DNA of 64,000 nucleotides from Orbicella franksi (Eukaryota): NCBI GenBank assembly GCA_964199315.1, contig OZ116706.1, positions 6,262,001 to 6,326,000 of the forward strand, read 5' to 3'. Shown piece by piece: positions 23,694 to 35,300 of this stretch (position 1 is its first letter; each line of letters starts with the position of its first letter). The notes under the pieces were generated by a model. It saw only the letters and a program-made list of their open reading frames with translations, ran no database searches and was not told where the DNA came from. The position numbers and the translations under genes were made by a program.

Positions 23694-24766
23694 TACCAAA
23701 CGCTTGTTACGTGTAGAGCTATTTCAGTCGGTTTCATTTACCAGGAAGAGAGAGATGATACTGAAAGCTCGGTCATTCTTTTTCCCTACTGCTATTCACA
23801 TAGTTGTAAGTAATAACTCTGCAAGTAGTTTTGTAATTAGATTTCGCACATCGGAACACATCGTTCAAGATTCTTGGGAAAGCAAAACTTTTTCTCTCGG
23901 GGCCAGTAATTAAGTGTATAATGATGTCCTGCTAGATGTAGCCCTATACTACTGGTAGATCAAATTTTACTGAAGAGTAAACAGAATCCACAACTTGGCG
24001 AAATTGCTGGATAGAGGTCTTTTAGAATGCTTTAAAAAAACAAAGAGTAAATAGTACCTTTGTTTAGGACACGACGATGAAATTTTAAAAAGTTTGCCAG
24101 ACTTTTCGATTTGTTAATGTTATCATAACCTTGTGCTTGTGTAACTCATAACAACACCTATAGCTTCAGACCGATGCACATGTATTTTATAGTACTTTAA
24201 ACAAGAACATTAGTTTTATGTTTCTATTAATAAGACTTAATAAGAATACTTAATAAGAACCTTTTAAAACTATATTCATTATAGTGCAACTGTAATTTGA
24301 TAAGAACGAAGTCAGGTTTGAGTCGTAAAATTACCTATTGATGAGAAGGCTTATCCTTTTCGGGAACGAAATATCACTCCTATAATTTTGTCAAAATCAA
24401 GTATATATTATAATGGAGTAATTCTCTCCAGTTGAACACCTATGTTGGGCTCCGGCTTTTAAGAAGACATAGATGGCAGTTGTAACTGTAATGTTCTTGG
24501 TGCAATGTATCCAATTAAATCAGTAAGATAGTAATGAAATCTGTTTTATTTCATTTTAAATGTTAACCGAAATCGTTTTTGTCTAGGGTAAATCATGACT
24601 GTAATTTTCTTTCAAGGCATATTTTTCAGTTTGCGCTCAACTGAAGTTTGATGCACAGTCATAGTGTAGGCTGAAATGTACTAATAAAACTTTGTTGTTA
24701 TTGTTGTTGTTGTCGTTGTTGTTGTTATTGTCGCTTCACTTCGGTTTGAAAGAGTAACATACTTAA

Positions 24767-25552
24767 GGTGGCCGAACACAGTTTTCAAGAGCCTATGCAT
24801 AATTCCCCATTACTTTTAAGCTATTTATGCTTTGGCGCCCATTTTTTGCAAGCGTCAAGCTTAACCACAGAAGGGTTTATTATCGCATTTTGGCTAAGGT
24901 GTGTGCTGTTGCCATGGCAACGGGGCTGGTTAAAAACAAGGCTTAAAAAATGGTTTTTGTTTATTTAAAAAAAATCCAGTCGTTAGATTTTTTTCATCAT
25001 TTGCCCACTACGAATTGACATTAAATCCCTTCTGTCAACACTGTTCTAATAAAATTTTGACATAGGCGATTTTCGTAATTCGCCGTTAACCGTTTTCACT
25101 GCATGTTCTGTATTATTAAAAATTCCCTATGTCAAAATTCAAATTTTTTGCGATAAATCATTCACGTGGTTTCTGAACTACTTTTTTTGCCAAATTTCTT
25201 GAAATTCTAACGACTGGATCGTTAGAAATCGGCATGTTTCTGCAAAAGCAATCGGTCTCAATTTTTCGAGCAACTGCGCATGCGCTGCATTTAACTGGGT
25301 TCTTTCGGTAACAAAGAAAAAGCTGAGAATTGCTGGGTTCTTTGCGTCGCTACCTTTTCTAACATATCTTTGTAATAAAAGACTAAAGCCATCAATATAC
25401 TGCGTTCAATAATAGAGAAAAATAGCGCAGATAGTGCGGGTGTTTAGTAAATAAAATGATCGCTCTGTTGACGGCATGTTTGTTTTTGCAATCCTTGTGC
25501 GCGCGCTGAATTGCATCAGGAAAAGCGCGCGCGAAAACTGTGTTCGGCCACC
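24767..25552. mobile_element. Non-autonomous DNA transposon with TTAA target duplication (Kolobok-like)
   Basis: Perfect 20-bp TIR ggtggccgaacacagttttc / gaaaactgtgttcggccacc, flanked by TTAA on both sides. Copy 2 carries a single TTAA (catatttaacctctc, ~27860). GG termini fit Kolobok rather than piggyBac (CCY). Confidence 0.85.
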
Positions 25553-25802
25553 TTAACCTCTCAACAATAATTTGAACTCATGAACTGGATCAACCGGTGA
25601 AACTCTTTCTGGATCTTTTTTTCCTACTTCCACTTGCACGGAACGAAGCCTACATCGTTCCCTTCTGGTCCACCGACTAGAGTTGCTTAATTTAAACGGC
25701 AGTGAAATGGTTTGAACTTAACAGTCGAAAGCAATAAGATTATACTAGAATTAGTGCCTAATATTATCCAGCACTTTTCACGATTTAAACTCAACGTGGA
25801 TG

Positions 25803-25946
25803 TAGCCTGTTCCTGGCTCTCGGTAGTTGGGGACGAGCGAAATATAGAGGGTGATCGAGGGAAAAAAACGAGGGAGACCCTCCCTTTTTTTTTTCTCTCA
25901 CCTCGCCCTCTTTTCTCCCCTACTACCTAGAGCATGGAACAGGCTA
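25803..25946. mobile_element. Short tagcctg...caggcta MITE, also present in duplication copy 2 (~28752-28890)
   Basis: Termini tagcctgttcc / ggaacaggcta. Shared by both copies, so it predates the duplication. Confidence 0.65.
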
Positions 25947-26256
25947 CGGGTTTAATTTTCGTCGGAGCTGCTTCGCATCCACGTTGATGTTCTTTGTTTC
26001 CAATGATGACTGGAAAGTTAACAGAAAAGGGCTATTGTAGAAGAATGTTGATAGATAATAGACAACTAGAACTAAAATTTTAAGTGGGGCATGATCTTTA
26101 GCCGCTTTTCTTCTGTAAATGAGTCCATGACGATATTCCTCGAGGAGCTAGTGGTTACTGTTTTTGTCGTCTCGCGAAACCTGATGACAGTTGCCGCCAG
26201 TTTTATACCCATTCGCGCACAGAGAAAGAAATAGAAAAACAACAAGTAAATAGGGC

Positions 26257-26450
26257 ATAATCGATAAAAAGTGCTGTTTGTTTGTCACTGACTTGTATAT
26301 TTTAGCAAGACATTTCGGCTAACTCTTAAGCCTTCATCAGTTGAAAAACCCGCTTGATGTTACGTGCGATTTAAAAACTTTTTAAAATTAAAACGTTGCG
26401 CGTGCTCGAGAGAATTTTAAGTACGTGCTAAGCACTTGTAAACTTGCACT
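26257..26450 (-). mobile_element. Penelope-like element terminal-repeat fragment at the duplication junction
   Basis: Unique 194-bp spacer between the two duplicated copies. It carries a ctgatgaagg...ccgaaatgtc hammerhead motif typical of PLE terminal repeats. Confidence 0.6.
26300..26348 (-). ncRNA. Minimal type I hammerhead ribozyme
   Basis: Minus strand UUUUUCAA-CUGAUGA-A-GGCU(UAAGAGUU)AGCC-GAAA-U-GUC^UUGCUAAAA: conserved core, 4-bp stem II, stem I CAA/UUG, and a self-complementary AUGU stem III as in dimeric PLE hammerheads. Predicted cleavage between 26309 and 26308. Confidence 0.7.
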
Positions 26451-26575
26451 TGCTAAAAAAGCTGCAAAGGAAGTTTAAGAAACAATCTTACAAATTGATT
26501 GTTAAAGACGCCACCTCATTTTCACTTGTAAAAGGAGGCATAACATTCAATCAGAGTGAGGATGATGGAAAATAA
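26451..26575 (+). pseudogene. 3'-terminal remnant of a paralogue of the 22920-23693 orphan gene
   Basis: AKKAAKE-(frameshift)-KQSYKLIVKDATSFSLVKGGITFNQSEDDGK* versus AKKGANEEFMKQSYKILVQDVNIALLKGGIRLNQGEDRK*. The 5' part is replaced by the PLE fragment. Confidence 0.85.
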
Positions 26576-26931
26576 TACCAAACGCTTGTTACGTGTAGAG
26601 CTATTTCAGTTTTCATTCACCAGCAAGAGGGAGATGATACTGAAAGCTCGATCATTCTTTTTCCCTACTGCTATTCACATAGTTGTAAATAATAACTCTG
26701 CAAGTAGTTTTATAACTAGATTTCGCACATCGGAACAAATCGATCAAGATTCTTGGGAAAGCAAAACTATTTCTCTCGGGGCCAGTAATTAAGTGTATAA
26801 TGATGTCCTGCTAGATGTAGCCCTATATTACTGGTAGATCAAATTCTACTGAAGAGCAAACAGAATCCACAACTTGACGAAATTGCTGGATAGAGGTCTT
26901 TTAGAATGCTTAAAGAACAAATTAGTAAATA

Positions 26932-27107
26932 CAGTCCAACCCCTATTAAGCGGCCACCCATTAAACGACCACGCTATTTAGGTGGCCAGTAATCAAAATC
27001 CCGATGAGGTTTTTTTATTTTGTTTGTACCTCTATTAAACGGCCAGCCCCTTTTAAGCGGCCACTATCCATTTCTCTGAGGGTGGCCGTTTAATAGGGAT
27101 TGAATTG
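26932..27107. mobile_element. Tc1/mariner-type MITE with TA target duplication
   Basis: TA-cagtccaacccctattaagcggcc ... ggccgtttaatagggattgaattg-TA. Copy 1 has the empty site gtaaaTAgtacc (~24050). Confidence 0.85.
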
Positions 27108-27794
27108 TAGTACTTTTTTTAGGACACGATGATGAAATTTAAAAAGGTTTGCCAGACTTTCAATTTGTTAATGTTATCATAACTTTGTGCTTGTGTAACT
27201 CATAACAACACTTGTAACTTCAGACCAATGCACATGTATTTTATAGTACTTTAAACAAGAACACTAGTTTTATGTTTCTATTAACAAGACTAAGTCTTTT
27301 AGGTTTTAACTTTTTAAAGTTATGTTCATTAAGGTGCAACTGTAACTTAACAAAAACGAAGTCGTGTTTGATGAGTCGTAAAAATATGACAGATATATAT
27401 CAAAGTGTAGCAGTTGTCAACCATTACTTGGTGACGAAAAGGCTCATTCTTTTCGGGAACGAAATATCACTCCCATACTTTTGTCAAAATCAAGTATATA
27501 TTATAATGGGGTAATTCTCCCCACTTGAACACCAATGTTGGGTTCCGGCTTCTAAGAAGACGTAGATAGCAATTGTAACTGTAATGTTCTTGGCTGCAAT
27601 GTATCAAAATGAATCAGTAAGGTAGTAATGGAATTTGTATTATTTCATTTAAAAGTTAACTGAAGTCTTTTTTGTCTAAGATAAATAATGGCTGTAAAGT
27701 TTTTTTCAGTTTGCGCCCTCTGCGGAACTGAGGTGTGATGCTCTGTCATAGTGTAGGCTGAAATGTATTAATAACATTTTGTTGTTGTCGTTGT

Positions 27795-27826
<32 letters not shown>

Positions 27827-27893
27827 TTGCTTCACTGTACTGCCAATTGAAACAGTGACATATTTAACCTCTCAACAGTAATTTGATCTCAAG

Positions 27894-28511
27894 CACAGGC
27901 GTACGGGCACCTTCGGACTGGGGGGGGGGGGGGGCGGTGACCTAATTGCAAATCGCAGTAAAAACAAAAAACGTTCACAATTCGCATGTCTAATGAAACT
28001 GTTATCATTCCAAAAATAGTTACTTGAAATCTCGCATACCCTATTCACTTTGATTGACAGCCTAGTAAAATCAGAAACTTATAAAACTAACAGTTAATTC
28101 TTCCTCATACGAAAGGTTCAGGAGAAATTTTAAAAGGGCTCTTTGAGGAGCCAATCAACAAGGCTTTTTTCAGAGCCACTACAAAAAGTCTTGGTCTTCG
28201 TTTGCTTTGATTCTTTTGTCATTGTTTTGTTGATGAAAATAATGTCCATCTCGTGCATTTCCACGATACACATTTCAACGGTATGGCTTTTCTAAAACAG
28301 AATACCTGGATCCTTATATCATTTGACCTCAACTCCGTTTTGACAAGGCAAACCTCAGAGAAAGTAGCCTACAAGCCTGGCCTTGACTACCTTTTAGAAT
28401 GTCTTCTCCCGAGTACTTTTGCCCGAAAAATTTCCACAATTTCTGAAACTGTTGGGCTGCAGCTCCGCACCCCTCCCCCCTCCCCTCCCCACTCCGGCCC
28501 GTATGCCTGTG
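27894..28511. mobile_element. hAT-type non-autonomous element with 8-bp target duplication
   Basis: TIR cacaggcgtacggg / cccgtatgcctgtg, flanked on both sides by ATCTCAAG (27886-27893, 28512-28519). Copy 1 has a single aactcatg (~25575). Confidence 0.9.
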
Positions 28512-30104
28512 ATCTCAAGAACTGGATCAACCGGTGAAACTCGTTTTGGATCTTTATACCTACTTCAGCACGTGCATGGAACGAAGGCGGTATCGCTCCC
28601 CTCTGGTTCACTGACTAGAGTTGCTTAATTTAAATGGTGAAACATCTAAGTCGTTTGAACTTACCGGTCGAAAAGAGTGGAATTAATTTGTACTAGAATT
28701 AGTGCCTAATAGTATCCAGCGCTTTTCACGATTTAAAAGTTCAACGTGGAAGTAGCTTGTTCCTGGCTCTCGGTAGTTGGGACCAGCGAAATAAAGACTG
28801 ATCGAGAGAAAAAACGAGGGAGACCCTCCCTTGTTGTTGCTCTCACTCGCCCTCTTTTTTCCCCAACTACCTAGAGCATGGAACAGGCTACAGGTTTAAT
28901 TTTCGTCCGAGTTGCTTCGCATCCACGTTGATGTTCTTTGTTTCCAATGATGACTGGAAAAGTTAACAGAAAAGGGCTATTGTAGAAGAATGTTGATAGA
29001 TGATAGGCAAATAGAACTAAAATTTTAGGTGGGGCATGATCTTTAGCCGCTTTTCTTCTGTAAATGAGTCCATGACGATATTCCTCGAGGAGCTAGTGGT
29101 TACTGTTTTTGTCGTCTCGCGAAACCTGATGACAGTTGCCGCCAGTTTTATACCCATTCGCGCACAGAGAAAGAAATAGAACACCAACAAGTAAATAGGG
29201 CCAATTAACAGAAAATAAGTTGTTCCGTCTCAGGCCTAGGTCTCGAGATCTTTCAAGAGAATTGTGTGAGGAACACTGAATGGTTAGAAGTGGTTCACGA
29301 CCACTCATTCCGCCACCTTCGACCCTACATTCTCAGTTCTTCGCGGAACTCTTCAATTTTTTGGGCGTGACCCTCTGTGACACCTGACTTTCTAGCTATT
29401 TAGCTAGGCCTGAAGCAATCTGTTTCCTCGAGGTCTCGTTCCTTTCTTCGCAAGCTTTATAAAACGAGCAACTCTCGAGAGCTCCGTTACAGGCTCGATT
29501 TTAGTTGGTTTTAAAAACAATAGAAATGAGCGGAAGTAAAACACTAGCATCTTGATTGAATCACGTGTTTGTTAGCTAGGTATGCGTAGTCCCATATTTT
29601 CTGACTTCAAATCGGATCTTTCCTGGGTCGCTCGTTTCACGACCGCCGGTAACGGGAATGACTCGAGCCGCTAAGTACGTGTTCGGACATAAAGTAGGTC
29701 TTCACTTGCACTTTATCAAATCAAGTGACTCTTTGGTCTCCTTCTGTTTCTCTTTCGGAAAACCTATATTAAGAGAGAAATTCCTTCTGGAATGATACCC
29801 TGTTAACACCGGAGGTAATCTTGAACCCAGATCTTCCACGACCAAACGTCAAACAGAGTGAGAGCTGGGTAGGAGATGACACTTGAGGTTGCTCTGACCT
29901 ATCCTACCCTATACTATGCAACCTTACCCTACCCTACTCTACCATTAACAACCCTAACCTGCCCAATGCAACCCTACCAAGGAGACTCCCTTCAAGGGTT
30001 AAAGCTCAAAACTCCACAAAATCACTTTGCCACGTGTCTAGCAATGCACAATTGTTTCTTAGCAGCCCTTTTGGGAGATAAACATGCAATGCCATATTAA
30101 GACA

Positions 30105-30660
30105 TTGATGCATCTCTTTGCAAAGCAGCAGGCAACAAGAGTGTGAGGGTAGCAGTCCCTATACTGTTCTGATGAAGCAATAAATTCTCAAAATCGAAAA
30201 ACTGAAATGTACAACAATCAGAAGAGGAAATTCACATCCTAACCTACAGATAATTGAGCCATGCTGAGTTTTTAATGCCCATTGAAACAGGAAAAATACT
30301 ACTATGTAATTAGGAAATACTCTTTTAATATAAAATAATTCTAATTTTATATAATTTCATGCTAACAGCTCCTATGTATTTCTTTTTTCTCATTACAAAT
30401 GTAAAATACTTCCAATTTTATATAATTTCATGCTAGTTTGTCCACAAACATTTATTTTTTGCTACGAGTTTCAGCATGTATATCCCACACACCAGGTTAA
30501 GATTCTGCTAAGCTTGCAATCTTGACAGACTCAAAACAAAATAGAGGAACTGTGAACAGGACTAATTTCATGCTAGCAGTTCTGAATAATTTCTTTTTTC
30601 ACAACAAAAATGCAAACTTCTGATAAAACAGTTATTATAAGTATGACTCACTGTTCTATG
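30105..30660 (+). repeat. Detached fragment of the tandem-array unit lacking the Harbinger MITE
   Basis: caggcaacaagagtgtgaggg...ggaaattcacatc|ctaacctacagataattgagccatgc... matches 20520-20655 joined directly to 21222-21420. Confidence 0.75.
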
Positions 30661-30794
30661 GGTACATAAAATAAGGGTTAATTTGCATGGAGACAAAGTA
30701 ATCCTATAGTCAACAGAAACTGAAATATTATCTAGTACCATATGGGACTGCAATGCATGCAAAGCACTACAGCGTTTATGCATACCATGCCCAG

Positions 30795-31033
30795 GAGGGG
30801 GAGGGGCGGGGACTTCCATATGAAAAGGTCAGGATGCTCAATGGAAAATTGGAATTAAAACCCACAAAAGCAACCACTTAAAACAGAAATGAAATCATTT
30901 CTTCACATGCAATCCTAAAAGACACTTCAGCTGCTAAAATGAGTGGGATGAAAGTCTTTGATTTACACCACTGAGCAAGACAATGAGAATCCTGGACCTT
31001 TTCATATGGGAGTGCCCCCCCTCCCCTCCCCCC
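30795..31033. mobile_element. MITE with G-rich TIRs
   Basis: ggggcggggacttccatatgaaaaggtcagg / cctggaccttttcatatgggagtgcccccc are inverted repeats. Confidence 0.7.
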
Positions 31034-31450
31034 ACCACAGATGCCATGTAATCATTTTATTGACATAATTAAGAAAAAAAATTACCTTACTTCAAAATCT
31101 TTCAGGCACATACATGCATTTTTAACCCAATTTTCATGACTCTGAACCAAACTATTGCTGGCCAGACATTCCCTATAACGCTCCAAAAGTTTCTACAAAA
31201 TAGAAAACAGCTTTCTTCTGTACAACAAGAGCACAAAAGCATATTCATGAGCTATACTTCCTATTGAGGCATATTGCAAAATTCAGAGGACCAAGGTAAC
31301 CAATCAGAAAGCTCCTTTTTATTATGGCCAATGATTTTCTTGTCAATGCTGTGCAATTATATATAAGAAACACTCAACAAAATAACTATCAAAAAAGTAC
31401 ATATTTTTTGTTTTCATATGGAAGGGCTATCCACAAGTTGCTCTACATTT

Positions 31451-31500
31451 ATAATAACAATAACAATAACAATAACAATAACAATAATAATAATAATAAA
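31451..31500. repeat. (AATAAC)n/(AAT)n microsatellite
   Basis: Direct reading. Confidence 0.9.
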
Positions 31501-32152
31501 AGCAATATTTACAGAGGATATCACCAAGTTGACACTAAGTTAATTAGGCTGGTCCTCTATCTACATTACTACAATTTACTATGCGGAATTAAAAACTGAA
31601 GCTTAAAAATTTTAAATTACAACTTTTGCTGACATTTCCTAAAAAGTCGCTCAAAAGATGCTGCAAGAATCGAGAAAATTTCTTTTCTTATTGAGAAAGT
31701 TTCTTGTCTGTCATCTCGTGTAAAGTAAATTTAAGGTAATTGACCTTTTGAAGTTGAATTTCAGAGTATTTTTTGTAGGTTTGCTTCCAGCAGGGTTGAA
31801 TTTTTTTTCATCTCTACTTGAAACAAACCTATCCCGACACTGCTGCCATCTTCAAAAGATCTAAAGAACTTTCTCATTCTTTGCCCGAGTTTCTAGCATG
31901 AGCATGAATCATGAATCTCTTTTTTATCATTTTTAGATGGTAAGGGGCCATGCTTCTCAAGGAATTGTTTTGGATTTTAACTCCCTAAATTCCCCTTTCC
32001 TGAGTTTCTTAGTTATTCTGAAAAATCTGACCAATTTTCATAAAACAGTGGAAACCAGTATGGATCAGTGCCTGTGGAGAACTCAATTCAAAGTCCTGTG
32101 TGTACACCAACCATCAGATGACCACCCCACCTCCCACAACAGCACTTTAATT

Positions 32153-32359
32153 ATTGTGCAGTTCCAGGAAATATCCATGCTCCCCCACAGAAGGGATTGG
32201 AATTTCCTGGGGGGTGGGGGTTCTGTAAGACCAAATAATTTGAAGAAATGTGTAAAGATTGATTGGAATTTCTACAGGGCTGATAAGGGGGGGGGGGGCA
32301 GGTTTTAGAAAAAATCTCTTCCATGGGGGAGGTACAGATATTTTCTGGACCTACACATT
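32153..32359. mobile_element. MITE ending 7 bp from the stop codon of the second receptor-like gene
   Basis: attgtgcagttccaggaaatatc / gatattttctggacctacacatt TIRs; same family as 5473-5674. Confidence 0.7.
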
Positions 32360-32365
32360 ATTAAA

Positions 32366-35300
32366 TTAAATTGGAGAAGCTTGAGCAGCAGTTTCAGACA
32401 TGGAATCAGACCTTGCCCTTTGCTCTACTGTAATATAGCCCTCAAGAAAGTTCCTTGGACAGCAGTATTGCCAACCATGGTACAGGACAAGACCGATCAG
32501 ATAAACAAGAGGTACATATGCCAAGAGGTTTACAATGTTTTCTAGGCCATCACGGACAGACGATGTTGCATCACTAACAATGCTTGAGCTGAAGTTTACG
32601 ATCAAGCATAAATTTGTAAGAAGAACAGCATCAAGCCTGTTGAACCACTGGTACTGTTCGTTGTAAGGCTGGAGGTACAGGCACATCACAGCAATGAGTA
32701 TACTTGACACATCCAGGAAACATCTCTTCAGGGGCGAAAATGGAACGTACAAGGCAATTAGCAAAATGTAAATGCGGCAAATAAAGTAGTATGCCGCAAA
32801 CCATCTGTAAGTGACTTTGAAGCACCTTTGGAAAGTGTCAAAGTACAGTCTGAAATTGTTCAAGTATGGGAAACGCCTCAAGAACCATGGGGTAAACAGA
32901 AGCAGCAGTGGTACAAAGATGACAAAAAGAACAATCCACAGACAGGCGATGATGGTAAATGGTAAGTGCGTTTTCCAGTCCCTTACAAAGTCAATGTTAC
33001 CATCTGCGTACAGCACCCATCTTCCTTGCATATGCACATAATGGACAATGTTGAAAGAGATTATTGTGACATTTGTGTAACAGAGAACCAGCAGTGTACA
33101 GAAGGCATGGGAAACAGTCCTGTTTATGTAACAACCAGGGCGATGTCTTGCAATTTTGGCCAAAACCACAAGCAGAAGAAGAACGTATGAGGGGAAAATG
33201 TAATTTACCCCAAGTTTTTGAAGATTAGTCATTCCTTTGTAAAGACAAGTTCCACCAACTCTGAGTTCCCAGTTGGCAACACCAATCACAAAAGAGATAA
33301 ATGGATCAAGGTATTGTCCTTCTCGCAAGAGAAACAAAATTGTCTGATAGGAGTAGAGCCAAGTGTTAAGATATGTTGTGAAAATGTCCAAGTCAATCCG
33401 AAATACAATCAACACTAACAGAGGTGTTACCAAACAGAATGCCACTGCAAGCCATAAGTGACTGTTTGAACACGACTGTCTACACTGTTCATTCCCGAGA
33501 TTCACAGAGTAGCCATCTTTGCATGCCCCACAGAGAACACTTGTACCATTGCGGCCAACAGTACACATTGTTTCAGCATCGTATCGAAAGAATGAATCAC
33601 CTTTAGAGAAATTGCAGTAATGGGTTGGACATGGGTAAGTACTAAATTTATCTTCCACTGTTCCACCCCAGTATCCTCTCTTCAAGAACACATCCTTGAA
33701 GTTGGCACTGCATTTTGAAATACCAGATACAGTACTTGAGATACAAGAACAGGTCTTGCTGTCAGTTTGTTCAAAGCCGACATTGCAGCGCTGCAAGGTC
33801 AATTTCCCTTTAGAAGAGGTGTGCGTAACGCGACCCACAACTGTGCCAATGTCAACTTTAAATGGCCTATCAACACTTCCAAGAAGGTACAAATTGTTAA
33901 TTCTCGAAGAATCCCCTTGCACCAGAAACAGATGGGAAGCTGTACCCAGGTTGACACTGCCAGCCTCGTTTTTTTCATGCTCATCTGTAATTGTGACCTT
34001 GACAACGCCCAAAACAGAACTATTCTTCTCATCAATCAAATGGAGAGTCGCATCAAAGACTTCACTAGGAGAAACCATCCACTCCTTCTCAATGAATTTT
34101 ATGAAGATCGGATCAGTAGATATCTGTTCTTTAGTGGTCTTGTTCAAATCTTGATACTGAATTACATTGGGCCACTCAAGAGATTCATTGTTTATGCGGG
34201 GTCGTCCACTTTGACGACATCCCTGAAGGGTTGAGGCAAAGACAGATTCTCCACCACCATTAGCCAACACCCGATTACCCTTAAAAACTAGTTTGGTCTG
34301 CCATTCAGTGACCTTAGCCAGACTGAAGCTGTTGTTGTAAGCAAGAAAACATTGCCGAGTCTTAAGTTCTGTTGTATTAAAACCTATAACAGGTGGCCCA
34401 GAATCCCTTACGTAAATTGCTCCTCCTCGATCTTCAGCAGTGTTGTTAAAGAAGTTGAGGTTACTGTGGGGCATAAGCATTAACACTGATGTGCCATACA
34501 ATCCTATTGCACCTCCTTGGTTTCCGCTGTTATTTCTAAAGGTTACATTACCGAGAAAATGTAGCACTGCATTCTCAATCACCATGGCAGTATTGTCATT
34601 GTATTCGATGTTCACGTCTCCTTTAAAAATGATGGGAAGCGAGTAAGAGTAGATAGCTCCTTGGCCAATAACCTTCTCATCTTCTGTCAAGATTATAGAG
34701 TTGTTACAGAGATGGCAGTCTTTGAGAACAATGACATACAACTTGATTCCTCTAACGGAAAAGTCCTGAAGACCATTCACAGCTGGTCCAGTGGCCACAC
34801 CGATTGCAGAGCCTGATGTTGCTCTATTGTTTCTCCAATGACATTTTTCATAGTCTATATGCAGCTTGTCTGCATCACCTGTCAAAGAAGATTTTGAGCT
34901 TGATGTTTCATAATATGATACCCCTCCACCCCAGATTGCACGGTTGCTTTCAAATTTGCAGTCTTCGTACTTCATGTTATTGGGATGTAACAACTGCCTA
35001 TCGCTGTGAGCAGTTACTCCACTTCTGATACCTCCTCCAGCAAAGTGTGCGCTATTGTTTATGAAAGTGCAGTTTTTCACCTCAAATGTGTTGTTTTGCA
35101 CCTGATCATGAAATTCAATGAAAACTCCTGCACCCCACACAGCCTGATTATCTTCAAAGTGGCATCCAGTAATCGAAATAACATTGTTTTCTGCTTTTCC
35201 TTTAAGGAATATTGACAAACCTCCTCCCCGTCCAAATGGCATGTGATCATCCCCCGACGGGTTCTCCACTATTGTTTCATACCATTGTCTGGGGGCACTA

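Larger units (their letters stand above)
23573..26256 (+). repeat. Tandem segmental duplication, copy 1
   Basis: Aligns by eye with 26451-29201 once three TE insertions are removed. Confidence 0.92.
26451..29201 (+). repeat. Tandem segmental duplication, copy 2
   Basis: Homologous to 23573-26256, with two private insertions (26932-27107, 27894-28511) and lacking the 24767-25552 element. Confidence 0.92.

Noticed and set aside
23677-23913. 78-aa ORF overlapping the orphan stop (and its copy 26556-26792) as an immunity-like partner
   Set aside because: GTG start, eukaryotic 3' UTR position, and mostly amino-acid-changing differences between the copies. Its openness in both copies is explained by ~95 percent identity.
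31324-31599. 91-aa ORF with poly-Asn
   Set aside because: Translation of an (AATAAC)n microsatellite.
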